DNA of 64,000 bases, taken from positions 1,312,001-1,376,000 of the forward strand of contig CM000154.2 in assembly GCA_000004695.1 (NCBI GenBank). Direction: 5' to 3'. Positions 27,549 through 40,117 of this stretch are shown one piece after another. A model generated the notes under the pieces. It searched no databases. It was not told the DNA's origin and saw nothing but the letters and a program-made list of their open reading frames with translations. The position numbers and the translations under genes were made by a program. This stretch comes from Dictyostelium discoideum (lineage: Eukaryota). The number at the start of each line of letters is the position of its first letter. Position 1 is the stretch's first letter.

Positions 27549-28470
27549 TTAATTTAAACCCAATAATTGTGATGAAATTTGATTTAATGGGAAATCTTTA
27601 AGTTCATCTGAATTTTCAATTATTGATTTAATTTGATTTTTACGATGTTGATAACGGACTGAATTGACGGTACTGGTTGGAAATATCTTTATAAATTGGG
27701 CCATTCTTGGATTGAAACTTTTATTTGACATACTACCATGTGGCATTTGTTGATTCCAAACTACTATACTTCCCTTTCTCATTGATATTCTTTTGGCATA
27801 TTTAAATGCGATATCTTTTTTATCGAAATTCCAACTTGGACTTGTGTATTGTGGTTTTTTCGATGTAAAATATTCGTTGAATATAGTGTGAAACCCTGGT
27901 GTCACACAATAGCCCCCATCAAGTTCTTGGTTATCCAACAGGTTTATCACACCTTGTAATTGCAAACCGTCATTTTGGGTGGGTTGGTTATTCTCCACAA
28001 TGAATTCACCCAATCTTGCGTATGTCAATTTACTCAATTCCTCTCTACAAATGTCGCCATTACCCATCCAATTGTATGGATTCATATCTAAATGAACATT
28101 GTCATTTGTCTTCCATTTTGGGTTCACCAATGTTGGTCTAAAGAAACATGCCCTGTCATGGTTTACCATTAAATCTTGATTCTTTAATAATTTAGAAAAT
28201 ACTTTATAAACATTTGGATTGGTACGATTCATTAAAAATTGTTTTTTAAATATTGGTGGTTTACTTGGTGATCCATACTGTGGTATTGACGAACCATCTT
28301 CTGAAAATGTTTGATCCCATGTACTTTGGTCATTTCTATCAAATGTTTTAACTTTACTTTCTATTATATCAAATATTTCACCAACTGTTTTATTACAATC
28401 TTCTTCACTTATTACATTTCTTATTACTAAAAATCCATATCTTTCAAAAAATTCATAAGGATTATTTTCT

Positions 28471-28513
<43 letters not shown>

Positions 28514-28598
28514 AGTTATCTAAATCCTCTAATGAAAATGATTTAGAATATCCTTCATTATCAATTGAAATTTTAAATGATTTTAAAATTTCTTCCAT
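27549..28598 (-). CDS. Phytanoyl-CoA dioxygenase (PhyH)-like 2OG/Fe(II) oxygenase family protein
   Basis: Intronless 349-aa ORF. ERYGFLVIRNVISEEDC is a PhyH-type N-terminal motif. An HxD...H metal triad is plausible (VHLDMNP ... MPHGS). Confidence 0.55.
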
Positions 28599-28726
28599 TT
28601 TATTATTATTTTTATTTTTTTATTATTATTACTTTTGATCTATCCTTGTTTTTTTTTTTTTTTTTGGTGGTTTTTTGACTTTTTTTTATTTTTTTTTTTT
28701 TTGGGAAATTTCACATTTTTCTTATT

Positions 28727-28774
<48 letters not shown>

Positions 28775-29245
28775 TTATTTTTATCACAATTAATTACAAA
28801 AAAGGAAAAACACTTTTTAATAAAAAAATAAAAAAAAAAATAAAAACACAAAAATTGTTGGGGTATTTTTTTTGTTTTTTTGTTTTTTTTTTTTTTAATA
28901 GATTTATTTCAAAGAGATTGAAAAAAAGAATTCCAATAATAAAATGACCCTTTGATAGCTAATAAACATTTATTTTGTTTTCATAGATACACATATATTA
29001 TTTGAATTTTTTTAATTTTTTTATTTTAATTTTTATTTAATTTTGATTTAATTTTATTTTTTTTTATTTTTTTTTATTTTTTTTATTTTTTTTTTAATTT
29101 AATTATTATTATTATTATTTTCACACCTATTTTTAAAAAAAAAAAATTAAAAAAATAAAAATAATTTTTTTTTTTTTTTCATTTTCATTTCAATTCAATT
29201 TTACTAAACACAACATAACCTTATTATAAAAACAAACATATAAAA

Positions 29246-29248
29246 ATG
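29246..29248 (+). CDS. Metallothionein-like Cys-rich protein, exon 1 (ATG only, then GTGAGT intron)
   Basis: ATG is immediately followed by donor GTGAGT. A 140-nt T-rich intron ends at 'gtatttag' at 29388. Confidence 0.5.
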
Positions 29249-29317
29249 GTGAGTAAAATTTTAATTCTCATTAATTTATTAAATTATCAATATAATTGTA
29301 GTTCATAATATTAATTT

Positions 29318-29363
<46 letters not shown>

Positions 29364-29388
29364 CTTCTTTCTCTTCTTCTGTATTTAG

Positions 29389-29541
29389 ACACACTCATGT
29401 AAATGCGGAGACTCTTGCCAATGTGGTGATAAATGTACATGTGGACCAAAGGAAACACCAAAATGTGGATGCAGTGACTGTAAATGTGGCGATAAATGCT
29501 CAAGTGATTGCAAATGCACCTCTTGCACCTGTAAAAAATAA
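29389..29541 (+). CDS. Metallothionein-like Cys-rich protein, exon 2 (51 aa total, about 18 Cys)
   Basis: THSCKCGDSCQCGDKCTCGPKETPKCGCSDCKCGDKCSSDCKCTSCTCKK*. It has CxC/CxxC spacing, a CKCTSC core as in vertebrate MT (CKCTSCKK), and no aromatic residues. Confidence 0.6.
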   Translation, partial: THSCKCGDSCQCGDKCTCGPKETPKCGCSDCKCGDKCSSDCKCTSCTCKK

Positions 29542-31262
29542 ATTTTACCTTTAATAAATAAACAATTATCATTCAAAAAAAAAAAAAAAAAAAACAAAAC
29601 AAATTGTTACCAACTCAAATCAACCAATAAAATTTCAAAAATCAAGTTACTTTTCTATTTTTATTTCTTTCTATTTTTTTTTTTATATTTTTTCCTCTTT
29701 TCTTTCTATTTTTTTTTATTTTTCCTCTTTTCTTTCTATTTTTTTTTTTTTTTCTCTTTTCTTTCTTTTAAAATATTCATAAAATTTGGAAATAAATTAA
29801 AAAAAATAAATAAAATTAACAATTAATTACTTATGATATCTTTAATTGTTATCTTTTTTTTTTTTTTTTTATTATAAAGTCAATTTTTTTTTTTTTTTCA
29901 TAATTCAAAGATACCATACTTCACATCCTTTTGGGGAAATGACAAATAATAAATAAAATAAATTATTTTTAGAATTTCTAAAAACGTAAAAAAATGAAAT
30001 ATTTTTATTTTTTGTGAAATTTTTATTTTTTTATTTTTTTAAAATGTCCCACAATCATATTGAATAGTTGGTCTAGGTTAGAGCAAATTAAAGATTGTTT
30101 TTTTAAAATTTGAACAATTAAATGTGTACCCAAATACTCTTTCTTAAAATTAATTGGAAAGAGTCGTTCCTGTACCCAAGAAAAACCTTTACATGTATGG
30201 TAAAACACTGACTAGGAAGGCATCTCGCCAATTTTAGCTGGTACTTGGATTGTATTACATTCCCTAAAAATAATTTCTAAAAAAAAAAGAAAAAAAAAAA
30301 TATATGTGTATAATACACTCTTTTAAATCAACTTGACCTTTTACTCTAATATATAAATGTATCAAATAATAACAAAACTTTTTTTTTTTTTAAAAAAAAA
30401 TTCAAATAATATTACCTTAATTATTTTTATTTTTATATTTGTTTATTTAACTCTCCTTTACAGAAAAATTGCAAAATAAAACGAATAAATTTATAATTTA
30501 GATTGTAATTTTTTTCTAATTCGAGTAATGTTATCATAATAATAATATATTGATAAAGGCATTCAAGCCTGACACTTGAGAAAAAAATACTTTCATTCTA
30601 TTTTTTTTTTATTTTTTTTTTTTTTAACAACAATTTAATTTTTTTTATTTTTAAAAATGAACTAAGTATTGATAAATAGAACACTCAAAAATATACAAAC
30701 TATATAAAAAAATGAATGTAATAATAAAAAAATAATAAAAAAAAAAAAAAAAATAAAAAAAATAAAAAAAAATTAATTAAACAACTTAAATTATTTGCCA
30801 TCAAAAAAAAAGCTTTTTTTTTTTTTTTTTTTTATAAATGTTATAAAAAAAATAATAAATTATATAAAAAAAAGAAAAACCCTTTTTGAACATCATTTTT
30901 AACTGAAAACTTTTCTGATCTGTAAAATAATTATTACTGCGCAACGATTTGTTAACAAATGCAAAATTAGATATTTTCAAAAAATTTTGTTTTATTTTTT
31001 TAAATTTTTTTATTTTTTTTTATTTTTTTTTTTTTTTTTTATTTTTTTATTTTTTTATTTTTTTATTTTTTTTTTTGTGCCTTTTCAATATAAAAAATTT
31101 TTCTTTTGAAAAATAAAAAAAAAAATTTTATTTATTATTTTCTCATTATTGTTATTGTTGTTTTTTATTATTTTTATTTTCATTAATTAATTCAATAAAT
31201 AAAAAAAAAAAAAAAAAAAAAAAGAATAGTTTCAATTTGGATTAAATAAAAAAAAAAAAAAT

Positions 31263-31269
31263 ATGGAAG
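31263..31269 (+). CDS. Acidic-N-terminus / multi-TM membrane protein, putative exon 1 (ATGGAAG, then GTAATT)
   Basis: ATG GAA G is followed by donor GTAATT. It joins in phase to acceptor 'tttag' at 31519. Speculative; the alternative start is the track ATG 31483 inside an A-run. Confidence 0.3.
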
Positions 31270-31519
31270 GTAATTGGTTTTTTTTATTTTTTTTATTTTA
31301 TTTTTTATTTTAATGAAAATAAACAAAATAGAATATATATATAATAATAAACACACAAATATCCAGTGTGGTGCTATGAATCATAGCACTTTATATTTAT
31401 ATCATATATTAACTTTATTTTTTTAATTATTTTTTATTTTTCTTTTATTTTTTTATGAAAAAAAAAAAAAAAAAAAAAAAAAATGAAAATAAAAATAAAA
31501 ATAAAAAAAAAAAATTTAG

Positions 31520-32309
31520 TATTAGCATCAGAGATATCATCAAATGAAAAATCAGCTTTTACAGAGGAAGAAGATGATTATTATGAATTTTCAGACTCTG
31601 AAACAGATTCTTTAGATTATAACCTTGAAGATTCATCAAATGACGAGAATAGTGGGGATGGTGATGGTGATGGTGGTGTTGTAGAAAGTGATGATAATAA
31701 AAATTTAAAACGTAGAAAAAGATCAAAAAGACCAACAACATTAGGAGAATCAAATAAAGATGGTGAAACAGCCAATTCAGTATCGATTTCAGCAGGTACA
31801 TCAAAATCAAACATTTCATCACCATTAGTTGATGGTGCTGACATTTTATCAAAACCAAATAGTAGCCCAACAAGTAGTAGTTTAAGTGGTAGTAATAGTG
31901 CAAATGGTTTCTTATCAGATGATGATGATTTATTATTAAATGGTAATGAGCAATTAAATGAAAACCACAATACTAATTCAACCAATGGTGCTACCAATAA
32001 TAACAACAACAATAACAACAACAGTGGCAGCAATAGTCCATCACATCAACAATCATCAGAATTACCATTATTAAATTTATTTCAAAAGTTTTTAAATAGA
32101 GAAGCAATTAAAGTTTTACAACAAAGACATTCAGCAATTAATAATAGATTACAAAGATTAAAGAAAGTAGTTGATCCAAAGAAATTACGTGAAAGAGGTA
32201 AAATCTTAAAAAATGAAAAAGAGAAAATTAAGTCATTAATTAAATTAAAGAAAGTTCAATTAGATGATCATATGAATGCGCCACCATTTATTAGATTATT
32301 AGATAAATG
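31520..32309 (+). CDS. Acidic-N-terminus / multi-TM membrane protein, exon 2 (S/D/E/N-rich hydrophilic domain with a basic KRRKRSKR patch and coiled-coil)
   Basis: In frame with track ORF 31483..32313. Donor GTAAGT at 32310 leaves phase 2. Confidence 0.6.
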
Positions 32310-32423
32310 GTAAGTTTTTATTTTATTTTCAAATTATTGTGTGTGTGTGTGTATGTTAAATAATTGGAAAATTTTAATATTAACAAATAATTAATGTTTT
32401 ATTTTATTTTATTTAATTTATAG

Positions 32424-33366
32424 TGCATTTACAATGGGATTAATAATTTTAATGGTATCAGAATTTGTTTTATTAAAATCACCACAATTATTTTATTTAT
32501 GGTACACAGTATTAATATTTCCATTGATGGCAATTAGATTTGTAATGTATCATCGTGAGAAATATCATTATTTCATGTTGGATTTCTGTTATCTTTGTCA
32601 AATATTGCTATTGTTTTATTTGTTTGGTCATCAATATATTTTAGGAGAAAAGGTTACACCAAATTTATTCAAATTGGTATTTGCACTAAGTAATGGTCCA
32701 TTGGCATGGGGTACAATCGTATGGAGAAATAGTTTAGTATTCCATGATGTTGACAAGTTGACATCGGTTTTCATTCATCTTTGTCCACCAATTGTAACCT
32801 ATTGTTTGCGTTGGTTCCCAAACGTTTATCCAGAGCAATTGGCATGTGGTGGTGTAGAGTGTGTTTTATCCTTTAAAGAGATTTTCTTTGTTCCATTCAT
32901 GGTGTATGCATTTTGGCAAGTCTTTTACTACATTAAAACTGAGGTGGTCGATAGTGACAAATTAGCCAATGACAAGGAAATAATGACCTCTTCAAGATGG
33001 ATGTCTGTAAAACAACCCCACCCAATCTATAGATGGTGTCAAAAGAATGGTTACAACGTTAGTCCTGTGGTTATTTTAATTTTAGTTCAAATGCTTTACA
33101 CTTTGGCCACTTGTATCTCTTTACCTTTCTTAATTCAATCATTTTGGTTACACACTGTCTTTATGATTTACATCTTTGTCACAATCTCTTGGAATGGTGC
33201 CTCTTATTATTTCGAAGTTTTCTCTGAAAACTATAGTTCACGTTTAAATAGTGAATTCAAACATAAACACAACAAAGATCAACCTTTAAAAATTACTTCA
33301 ATCAAAGCTTTCTTAAAATTTTTAGCTTTATTCTTAACTTCTTTAATAGTTTATTTGAAATTAATT

Positions 33367-33372
<6 letters not shown>
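32424..33372 (+). CDS. Acidic-N-terminus / multi-TM membrane protein, exon 3 (at least 8 predicted TM helices)
   Basis: Acceptor 'aatttatag' at 32423. TG+T makes Cys and the frame runs into track ORF 32434..33372, so the two track ORFs are one gene. Confidence 0.6.
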
Positions 33373-33403
<31 letters not shown>

Positions 33404-33477
33404 AATAATTAATTAAAAAAAAAAAAAAAAAACCAATAAAATATAGTAATAATAATAGTAATAGTATAAAATAATTG

Positions 33478-33483
33478 TAGTAA

Positions 33484-33571
<88 letters not shown>

Positions 33572-33572
33572 T
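33478..33572. repeat. (TAA)n microsatellite
   Basis: Read directly in the sequence. Confidence 0.9.
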
Positions 33573-33782
33573 TAATAACAATGGGAAAAAATTTTCATTG
33601 GCCACATTGTTTTTTATTCACAATTAAAATAAAAATATTAAAAAAAATAAATAAAATAAAATGTATAATTTACAAATAAAAAAAATCCGTTTTTTTTTTT
33701 TGAAGTTCCTTTTTAATTTTTGGGGTTCATTTTTTTTTCACTTTTTTTTTTTTCATTAATTTTATAAACATTACCAAAAAAA

Positions 33783-33923
33783 ATGAGTGGCAAAGAAGAC
33801 TTAGAATCACCTTCAAATTCATCGTCACTTAAAAAAATTGATATCAGTAAAGGGCCCTTTAATATTACTGTATCCAATGCGGCAACAATTGTAAATCTTT
33901 TATTGAAGAGATACAAATATTAA
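33783..33923 (+). CDS. N-terminal segment of a coiled-coil protein gene, out of frame with the main ORF
   Basis: ATG opens MSGKEDLESPSNSSSLKKIDISKGPFNITVSNAATIVNLLLKRYKY*. One extra T in the T4 run at about 33897 would fuse it to the downstream ORF as ...NLFIEEIQILKNEILEKEKCIQ. Confidence 0.35.
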   Translation: MSGKEDLESPSNSSSLKKIDISKGPFNITVSNAATIVNLLLKRYKY

Positions 33924-33934
33924 AAAATGAAATA

Positions 33935-34663
33935 TTGGAAAAAGAAAAATGTATACAAGAAGTAAAAAATTTTAATATTCCCATACCATTAATAGAGAAG
34001 GTTGTAAATACTTTTATGGAAGATAAGGAAAAAGAAAATGAAACTAGACTCACTTCATTTGTACATTCTCAATCTATAAAATTAAAAAAAAAAGAAAAGG
34101 AATATGAAAAGAAGTTAGATGAAAGGGAAAAAAATTTACCTGAAGAAAAAGAAAGGGAGTTAAAAGAAAAAGAAGAAGTTATTGCTGGTTTGCAACAGGA
34201 AAAAGTAGAATTGGTAAAAAGAGTTGAAGAACTCGAACAAAATTTATCGAGGGTCCAAAGCATAAACTCCCAATTATCTGCTGATGTAACTCTTTTACGT
34301 TCAACTTTCAAAACAAATCAAACTGAAATTGATACAAAAATTAAAGATTTAGAAGATAGGCTTGCAGCAGAGAAGAAAAGAGAAGGTCTTAAAGCAGCAG
34401 CTTATAATTATTCATCTGAGGTTTCAAATTATTACCTCAAACATTCTTTATTACCATTACTTACAACCACTAGTGGGTATGCTTCATTTGTAAATAGTTT
34501 TAAACCTGGTAAAAAACCACCCAAATTCGAAAAGTACTTTGAATTGAACTATTATAAAGATCCAGATATTATCGCTCTTGCAAAAAATAATCACAATATA
34601 GATTTAACTCTTCTATATGATCTTATTTTTAAAAAAAAAAAAACATTACACATTTTGTATTAG
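33935..34663 (+). CDS. Coiled-coil protein, main ORF (MEDKEKENETRLTSF...EKKLDEREKNLPEEKERELKEKEEVIAGLQQEKVELVKRVEELEQNL...)
   Basis: Track ORF (TTG-initiated by the ORF caller). The first in-frame ATG is MEDKEK at about 34008. It ends in DLIFKKKK at an A13 run. Confidence 0.55.
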   Translation: MEKEKCIQEVKNFNIPIPLIEKVVNTFMEDKEKENETRLTSFVHSQSIKLKKKEKEYEKKLDEREKNLPEEKERELKEKEEVIAGLQQEKVELVKRVEELEQNLSRVQSINSQLSADVTLLRSTFKTNQTEIDTKIKDLEDRLAAEKKREGLKAAAYNYSSEVSNYYLKHSLLPLLTTTSGYASFVNSFKPGKKPPKFEKYFELNYYKDPDIIALAKNNHNIDLTLLYDLIFKKKKTLHILY

Positions 34664-34848
34664 AGGGTTTTGAAGAAATTCAAAATGTGTATGAAATAGC
34701 AATGAAAAATTATAACGGTCTTATTGATGGAGATCATCAAGTTTTATTGAAAAATTTAAAGACAATAATTCCACCACCAAGTTCAAATCCATTTACACCG
34801 CAAACAAAGAAAAGAGCGCCTGTGGAAATTCAACCCTTTAATAAATAA
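34644..34848 (+). CDS. C-terminal segment of the coiled-coil gene in the +1 frame after the A13 run
   Basis: NITHFVLEGFEEIQNVYEIAMKNYNGLIDGDHQVLLKNLKTIIPPPSSNPFTPQTKKRAPVEIQPFNK* opens immediately 3' of the A13 homopolymer. A change of 1 nt in the run length would fuse it to the main ORF. Confidence 0.4.
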
Positions 34849-35340
34849 ATATTCATTTAATTCTAAAAAATTTTCACTCAATTGTTTCATATTTCTTTTT
34901 TTAATCTTTCTTGTTCAAGTTTAACTTAAACTTAAACTTAATAATCTTGTTCCAAATATGTTTTTGATAGTTTTTTTTTTTTATTAACTTTTAATAAAAC
35001 ACTCAACTTCTTCATTAAATATATCTAAACCATTTCCAACCTATTTAAATTATTTTAAAAATTTATTTTATTTTAAGGTTTACAACAAACTTAAAGAAAT
35101 TCTTGGACTTTAGCTTTGGAGGGATTTAATACAGAGGTAATTTATTTATCTCAAGTATTAATACATCAAATTAACTTTGGAAATAATAAAATAAGTAATA
35201 TAATTAGTGATTATAAAATTAGTAATAAAATTAGTGACAACTATTTGTTTTTTTTTATTTTTTTTATTTGAATAATTATTTTTTATTTATTTTTTTTATT
35301 TATTTTTTAAAGAAATATATAATAATATCCGATTTTAAAA

Positions 35341-38300
35341 TTATTGAAGATGTGATTTTGTAATTTTTTCATAATAATCTTTTTCTTTTTCAAGTGATTG
35401 CTCATAGGTAACATAGAATTTCCATAGGAGTTCAAGTTTTCTAATTTGACAAATTACGATGGACCTAATTAAATCTCTAATTTCTTGTTCTTCAAGTTCG
35501 TAATATTTCTTTGATTCATTTTGAATTGTTTCAAAAGCGGCGGCAGTTGCTGCTTGGATTGCAGCCTCTGAAAAATATTCTGGATTTGGTTCAGGGATTC
35601 TAGATTTCTTTGGTGGTGGTGGTGACATCATTAATAGGGATGTTTTAGTGGTGGTCGTGGTTGATTTTCTTATATCGACAGAAGCTGTTTCCATTTCAAC
35701 ATCTTCATCATCATCTTCTTCACCAACACCATCTACACCATTTTCTTTCTTTTCATCATTTAAATCATTTTCTTCTTCCTCAACTTCTTCCATTTCATTT
35801 TCTTCATCTTTATCTTTTTCATTTTTATCTACATTGTTATTATTATTATTATTTTTATTATCAACATCCATTTTATCATTACTATTATTATTATTATTAT
35901 TATTATCATCATTATCTACAGGTTTTTTTTCATTATTTTCAACAACAGTTTCCATATTATTGGATTCAGCTGTTTTATTCTCTTCATTAGTATTATTATT
36001 ATTACTATTGTTTTCATTTGTTTTATTGGTTTCATTATTATTCTCTTTATCAACAATAGTATTTGTAGTGGTTGTATTTGATTCGCTAATTGGTGTTGCT
36101 GGTAGTGTTGCAGGTGTTGTTGTTGTGGGTGTTTCTTTTGGTTTTTCAGATTGGTCGGTTGTTATATTTTGTTCTTTTGAGGTTATTTGAGTATTACTAT
36201 TGGATTCGCTATTTTCTTTTGATTCTTGGTTATCACTACTCATTTGTTCATTTGATTTCGATTGGTCATTAGATGATTGTGATTCACTTAAATTATTTAA
36301 ATCTTTTTCTTTTTCATTTTCATTTTCAATTTGCTTTTCATTTTTATTTTCATTTTCTTTTTCTTTTTCATTTTCATTTTCTTTATTATCATCTTTTTCA
36401 ATTTCTTTATTATGGTTATGACTATTGTTGTTATTATCATTATCATCTTTTTGTTGATTTTCTTCCTCAGTAATAGATTTTTTATCGTTTTCTTTGGTTT
36501 CTTTTTCATCAATTTTTACATGATCATCTTGATTCATTTCTACAGTTTCTTTATTTGTTGAAGTTGACGAATCTTGTTTCTCTATTTCCATTTCTTTAGT
36601 AGTGGTAGTATTGGTAGAATCACTTTTATCATGATCTCCAATAGCTTCTTTATCTTTTTCTTCTTTTTCTTTATCCTCTTTAATCTCTTTATCTTCTTTA
36701 TCTTTACCTTCTTTATCTGTACCTTCTTTTTCTTTATCTTCTTTATTTTCTTCTTTTTCTTTATCTTTATCTTCTTCTTTATCTTTTTCTTGTTTTTCTT
36801 TATCTTCTTCTTTTTCTTTATCTTGTTTTTGTTTATCTTCTTCTTTTTCTTTATCTACTTTATCTTTAGCTTCTTTATCTTCTTCTTTTTCTTTATCTTC
36901 TCTTTCTTTTAATTCTTTTTCTTTTTCTTTTTCTTTATCATCCTTTTCTTTTAATTCCTTTTCTTTTGATTCTTTTTCTTTTAATTCTTTTTCCTTATCT
37001 TCTTTTTCTTTATCATCTTTTTCTTTTTGAATTCTTTCCAATTCTTCTTTTGAAGGTTGTTGATATTTTGGATCATTTAAAATTTCCAAAATGACTTTGG
37101 CAGCCTTTGAAGCCAATAAACCTAAAGGTGGTTGAGAATAAGAGGAGAAGAAAGCAACTAATGACATTATTGGATTATTTACACCATAGGTAATTGAGAA
37201 AGGATTATTTGAATCGATTTCTTTCTTTGAAAGTGAACCAACTGGAAAAGATGAGATTTTTCTCTCAAGGAATTCGTCTTCGATTGGTAACCTTATGAAA
37301 TGAGTTAAACATTGTTCAGGTGTTTTTGAGCCACCAATATAATCAGAGATCTCTTGCCAATTATCACGGAAAATTTCAATACCCTCCAAGAGTAATAATG
37401 TTTCAATATCGGTCCAACCAAATTCCTCTGGTTGGTGTTGTTCAATCCTTTGAAATGATGATGATTGTATGAAATTCTCATAATTACCACTACTAAAACA
37501 ATTGACACATATTATCATTGGATAGAAATATTCGGGTAGAATATTTCCATCCAATGCCGTTGAATTATTAACTAATTGATATCTTACATTTGAACAATCT
37601 GCTTTACATTTCTTACATTCAAATAATGGTTTCTTCTTTTTAATTAATTGATCATTTGCTGATTTCGTTGTTGTCAATTTCTTTGGTTCTTTACTCTTTT
37701 CATCTTCTTCATCTTCTTCATCCTCTTCAATTTCCATTTCTTCATCTTCATCCTCTTCTACCACTTCACCCTCATCATTTTCACCTTCAATTTCACCTTC
37801 TACCTCTTCATTTTCTTTTAATTTATCTTTTTTAATTTCACTTTCAACTTCTTCGTCTTCTTTTTTATTATTAATTTTCTCTTCTTTTTCTTCATCCATT
37901 TTTTCATCTTCATTAATTCCTTCTTTATCAATTTCTATTTTTTCATCTACTTTTTCATTTTCATTTTCATTTTCTTTTTTATTTTCTTTTTCTTTTTCTT
38001 TTTTATTTTCATTTTCTTTTTCATTTTCATTTTCTTTTTCATTTTCATTTTCTTTTTCATTTTCTTTTTCATTTTCTTTTTCATTTTCTTTTTCATTTTC
38101 TTTTTCATTTCCATTTTCAGTTTTATCTTCTTTTTCTTTTTCATTTTCTTTATCTTTATCTTGTTTTTCATTTTCATTATGATCATCGTTTATTTCTTTA
38201 TCCTCTGATGATTTTTCTTTTTCAAGATTAATAATTGGTTGATCTTTCATTTCTTTATCTGTTTCGATTGAATCAGTAGTTTGATTTGTTGTTTCTGTTG

Positions 38301-40076
38301 TTTCTACACCATTATTCTCTTTTGTAGTATCAGTTTCCATCATTTCTTTATCTTTATTCTCTTGGACAGGTTGTTCTTTCATTTCCTTATCATTATCATC
38401 TGTTTCGGTTGATGATGATGATGATGATTCTGCTACCAAGGTATTGGTGGAAGTTGTTGTTGTGGTGGTGGTAGTGGTGGTGGTATTATTACTATCTGTT
38501 GTTTCATCTTTTTTATCATGATTTTCTTTTATTTCTTTATTTTGACTATCATTTTTATTTTCTTTTTTTTCAATTTTTTCTTGTTCATTTTCATTTTCTT
38601 GTTTTTCTTTATCATCTTCCTTTTCTTGTTTTTCTTTCTCTTCTTTTTCTTCCTTTTCTTTTTCTTCTTTTTCTTCTTTTTCTTCATTTTCTTCTTTTTC
38701 TTCTTTTTCTTCTTTTTCTTCTTTTTCTTGTTTTTCCTCTCTTTCTAATCTTTCTTTTTCTTCCTTTTCCAATCTTTCTTTTTCTTCTTTCTCTTGTTTT
38801 TCCTCTCTTTCTAATCTTTCTTTTTCTTCTCTTTCTAATCTTTCTTTTTCTTCTTTTTCTCTTTCTTCATGTTTAAATTTCTTTCTATAGAAAGATTGAT
38901 AAAATTCATTACAATAATTGAAAACACCAGGTGATATTATATTCATATAGTCACCACTATTTACAAAGCAATTGATTAAATCCCAATACTCTAAGAAATC
39001 GAAAATTTTAATTATTGATCTTATATTAACTTTGAAAGTTTTTTTATTTTGATTTATGAAATGATTTTTAACATCTGTAACTGATAGATATTGGTATGGA
39101 TTCTTTTGATAGCTTGTAATCATATAGTCACGATATATTTTATATAATTCTTTATTTGATAATTGAAGCTTTTGTTTTTTTTTAATATATTTATATTCTA
39201 CACTATCTACATAACTATATTCATCTTCATCAATTTCATCATAATCTATTTCTGTCATATTATTACTACCACTACCACTACCATTGCCATTGCCATTGCC
39301 ATTTTCATTGTCATCTTGAAAGAATTCTGGTAAATTATTAATTTCAACTTGATGTATATTATCTAAACTTGTGAACCAATTTGGTAATGGGCATTTTGGT
39401 GGTGTTATATTGGTTGGTATTGGGAATGAACGTTTTGTAGTTGTTCCTTTTGAAATATTTGTTACAACTAATTGTGAGGCTTGATAAGTTGTTGTACCAC
39501 CAACTCCACTATTACTACTACCATTACCAATACCACCTACTATAACTCCTACACCCCCACCAACATTTAAATTATTTAATCCACCACCACCACCAATATT
39601 TGATGTTTTACCACTAAATCTACCTCTATTTGGTGTTGATGATCCACTTCCGCCACCACCAATACCCCCACTACCAGTTAAAACAGGTTTATATGGTGTA
39701 CTACCATTATATGCAATTGTTGAATTATTACTACTACTAGAACTACCACCACCACCACCACTATACCCTATGAATTGATTTGAAAATGGGGTTGATCCAA
39801 CACCGCCACCACCAATCGGTGATGATAATGCTATTAAAGATGATGGTGTCGATGGATTATTTGGTGTACCAATAAATGGTTTAATTGGTGTTCTTGGTGA
39901 TGATGCCGTTGATGATAAGTTTGGTAATGGTTTACCAAATTGATTAATTAATAATGGTGGTTTTATTGGTACATTGGTTGGTGTGGTTGATAATGGTGTT
40001 GTAGATGCAATCATTGTATTTAATGTATTTGTCGTTGTAGTTGTTGTTGTCGGTGTTGTAGTTGTTGGTGTTGTAG

Positions 40077-40117
<41 letters not shown>

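Noticed and set aside
29303-29597. Minus-strand ORFs 29303..29572 and 29385..29597
   Set aside because: They are antisense to the metallothionein-like exon and run through its poly-T intron. His/Leu-rich readings of a Cys-codon-rich sequence are artefactual.
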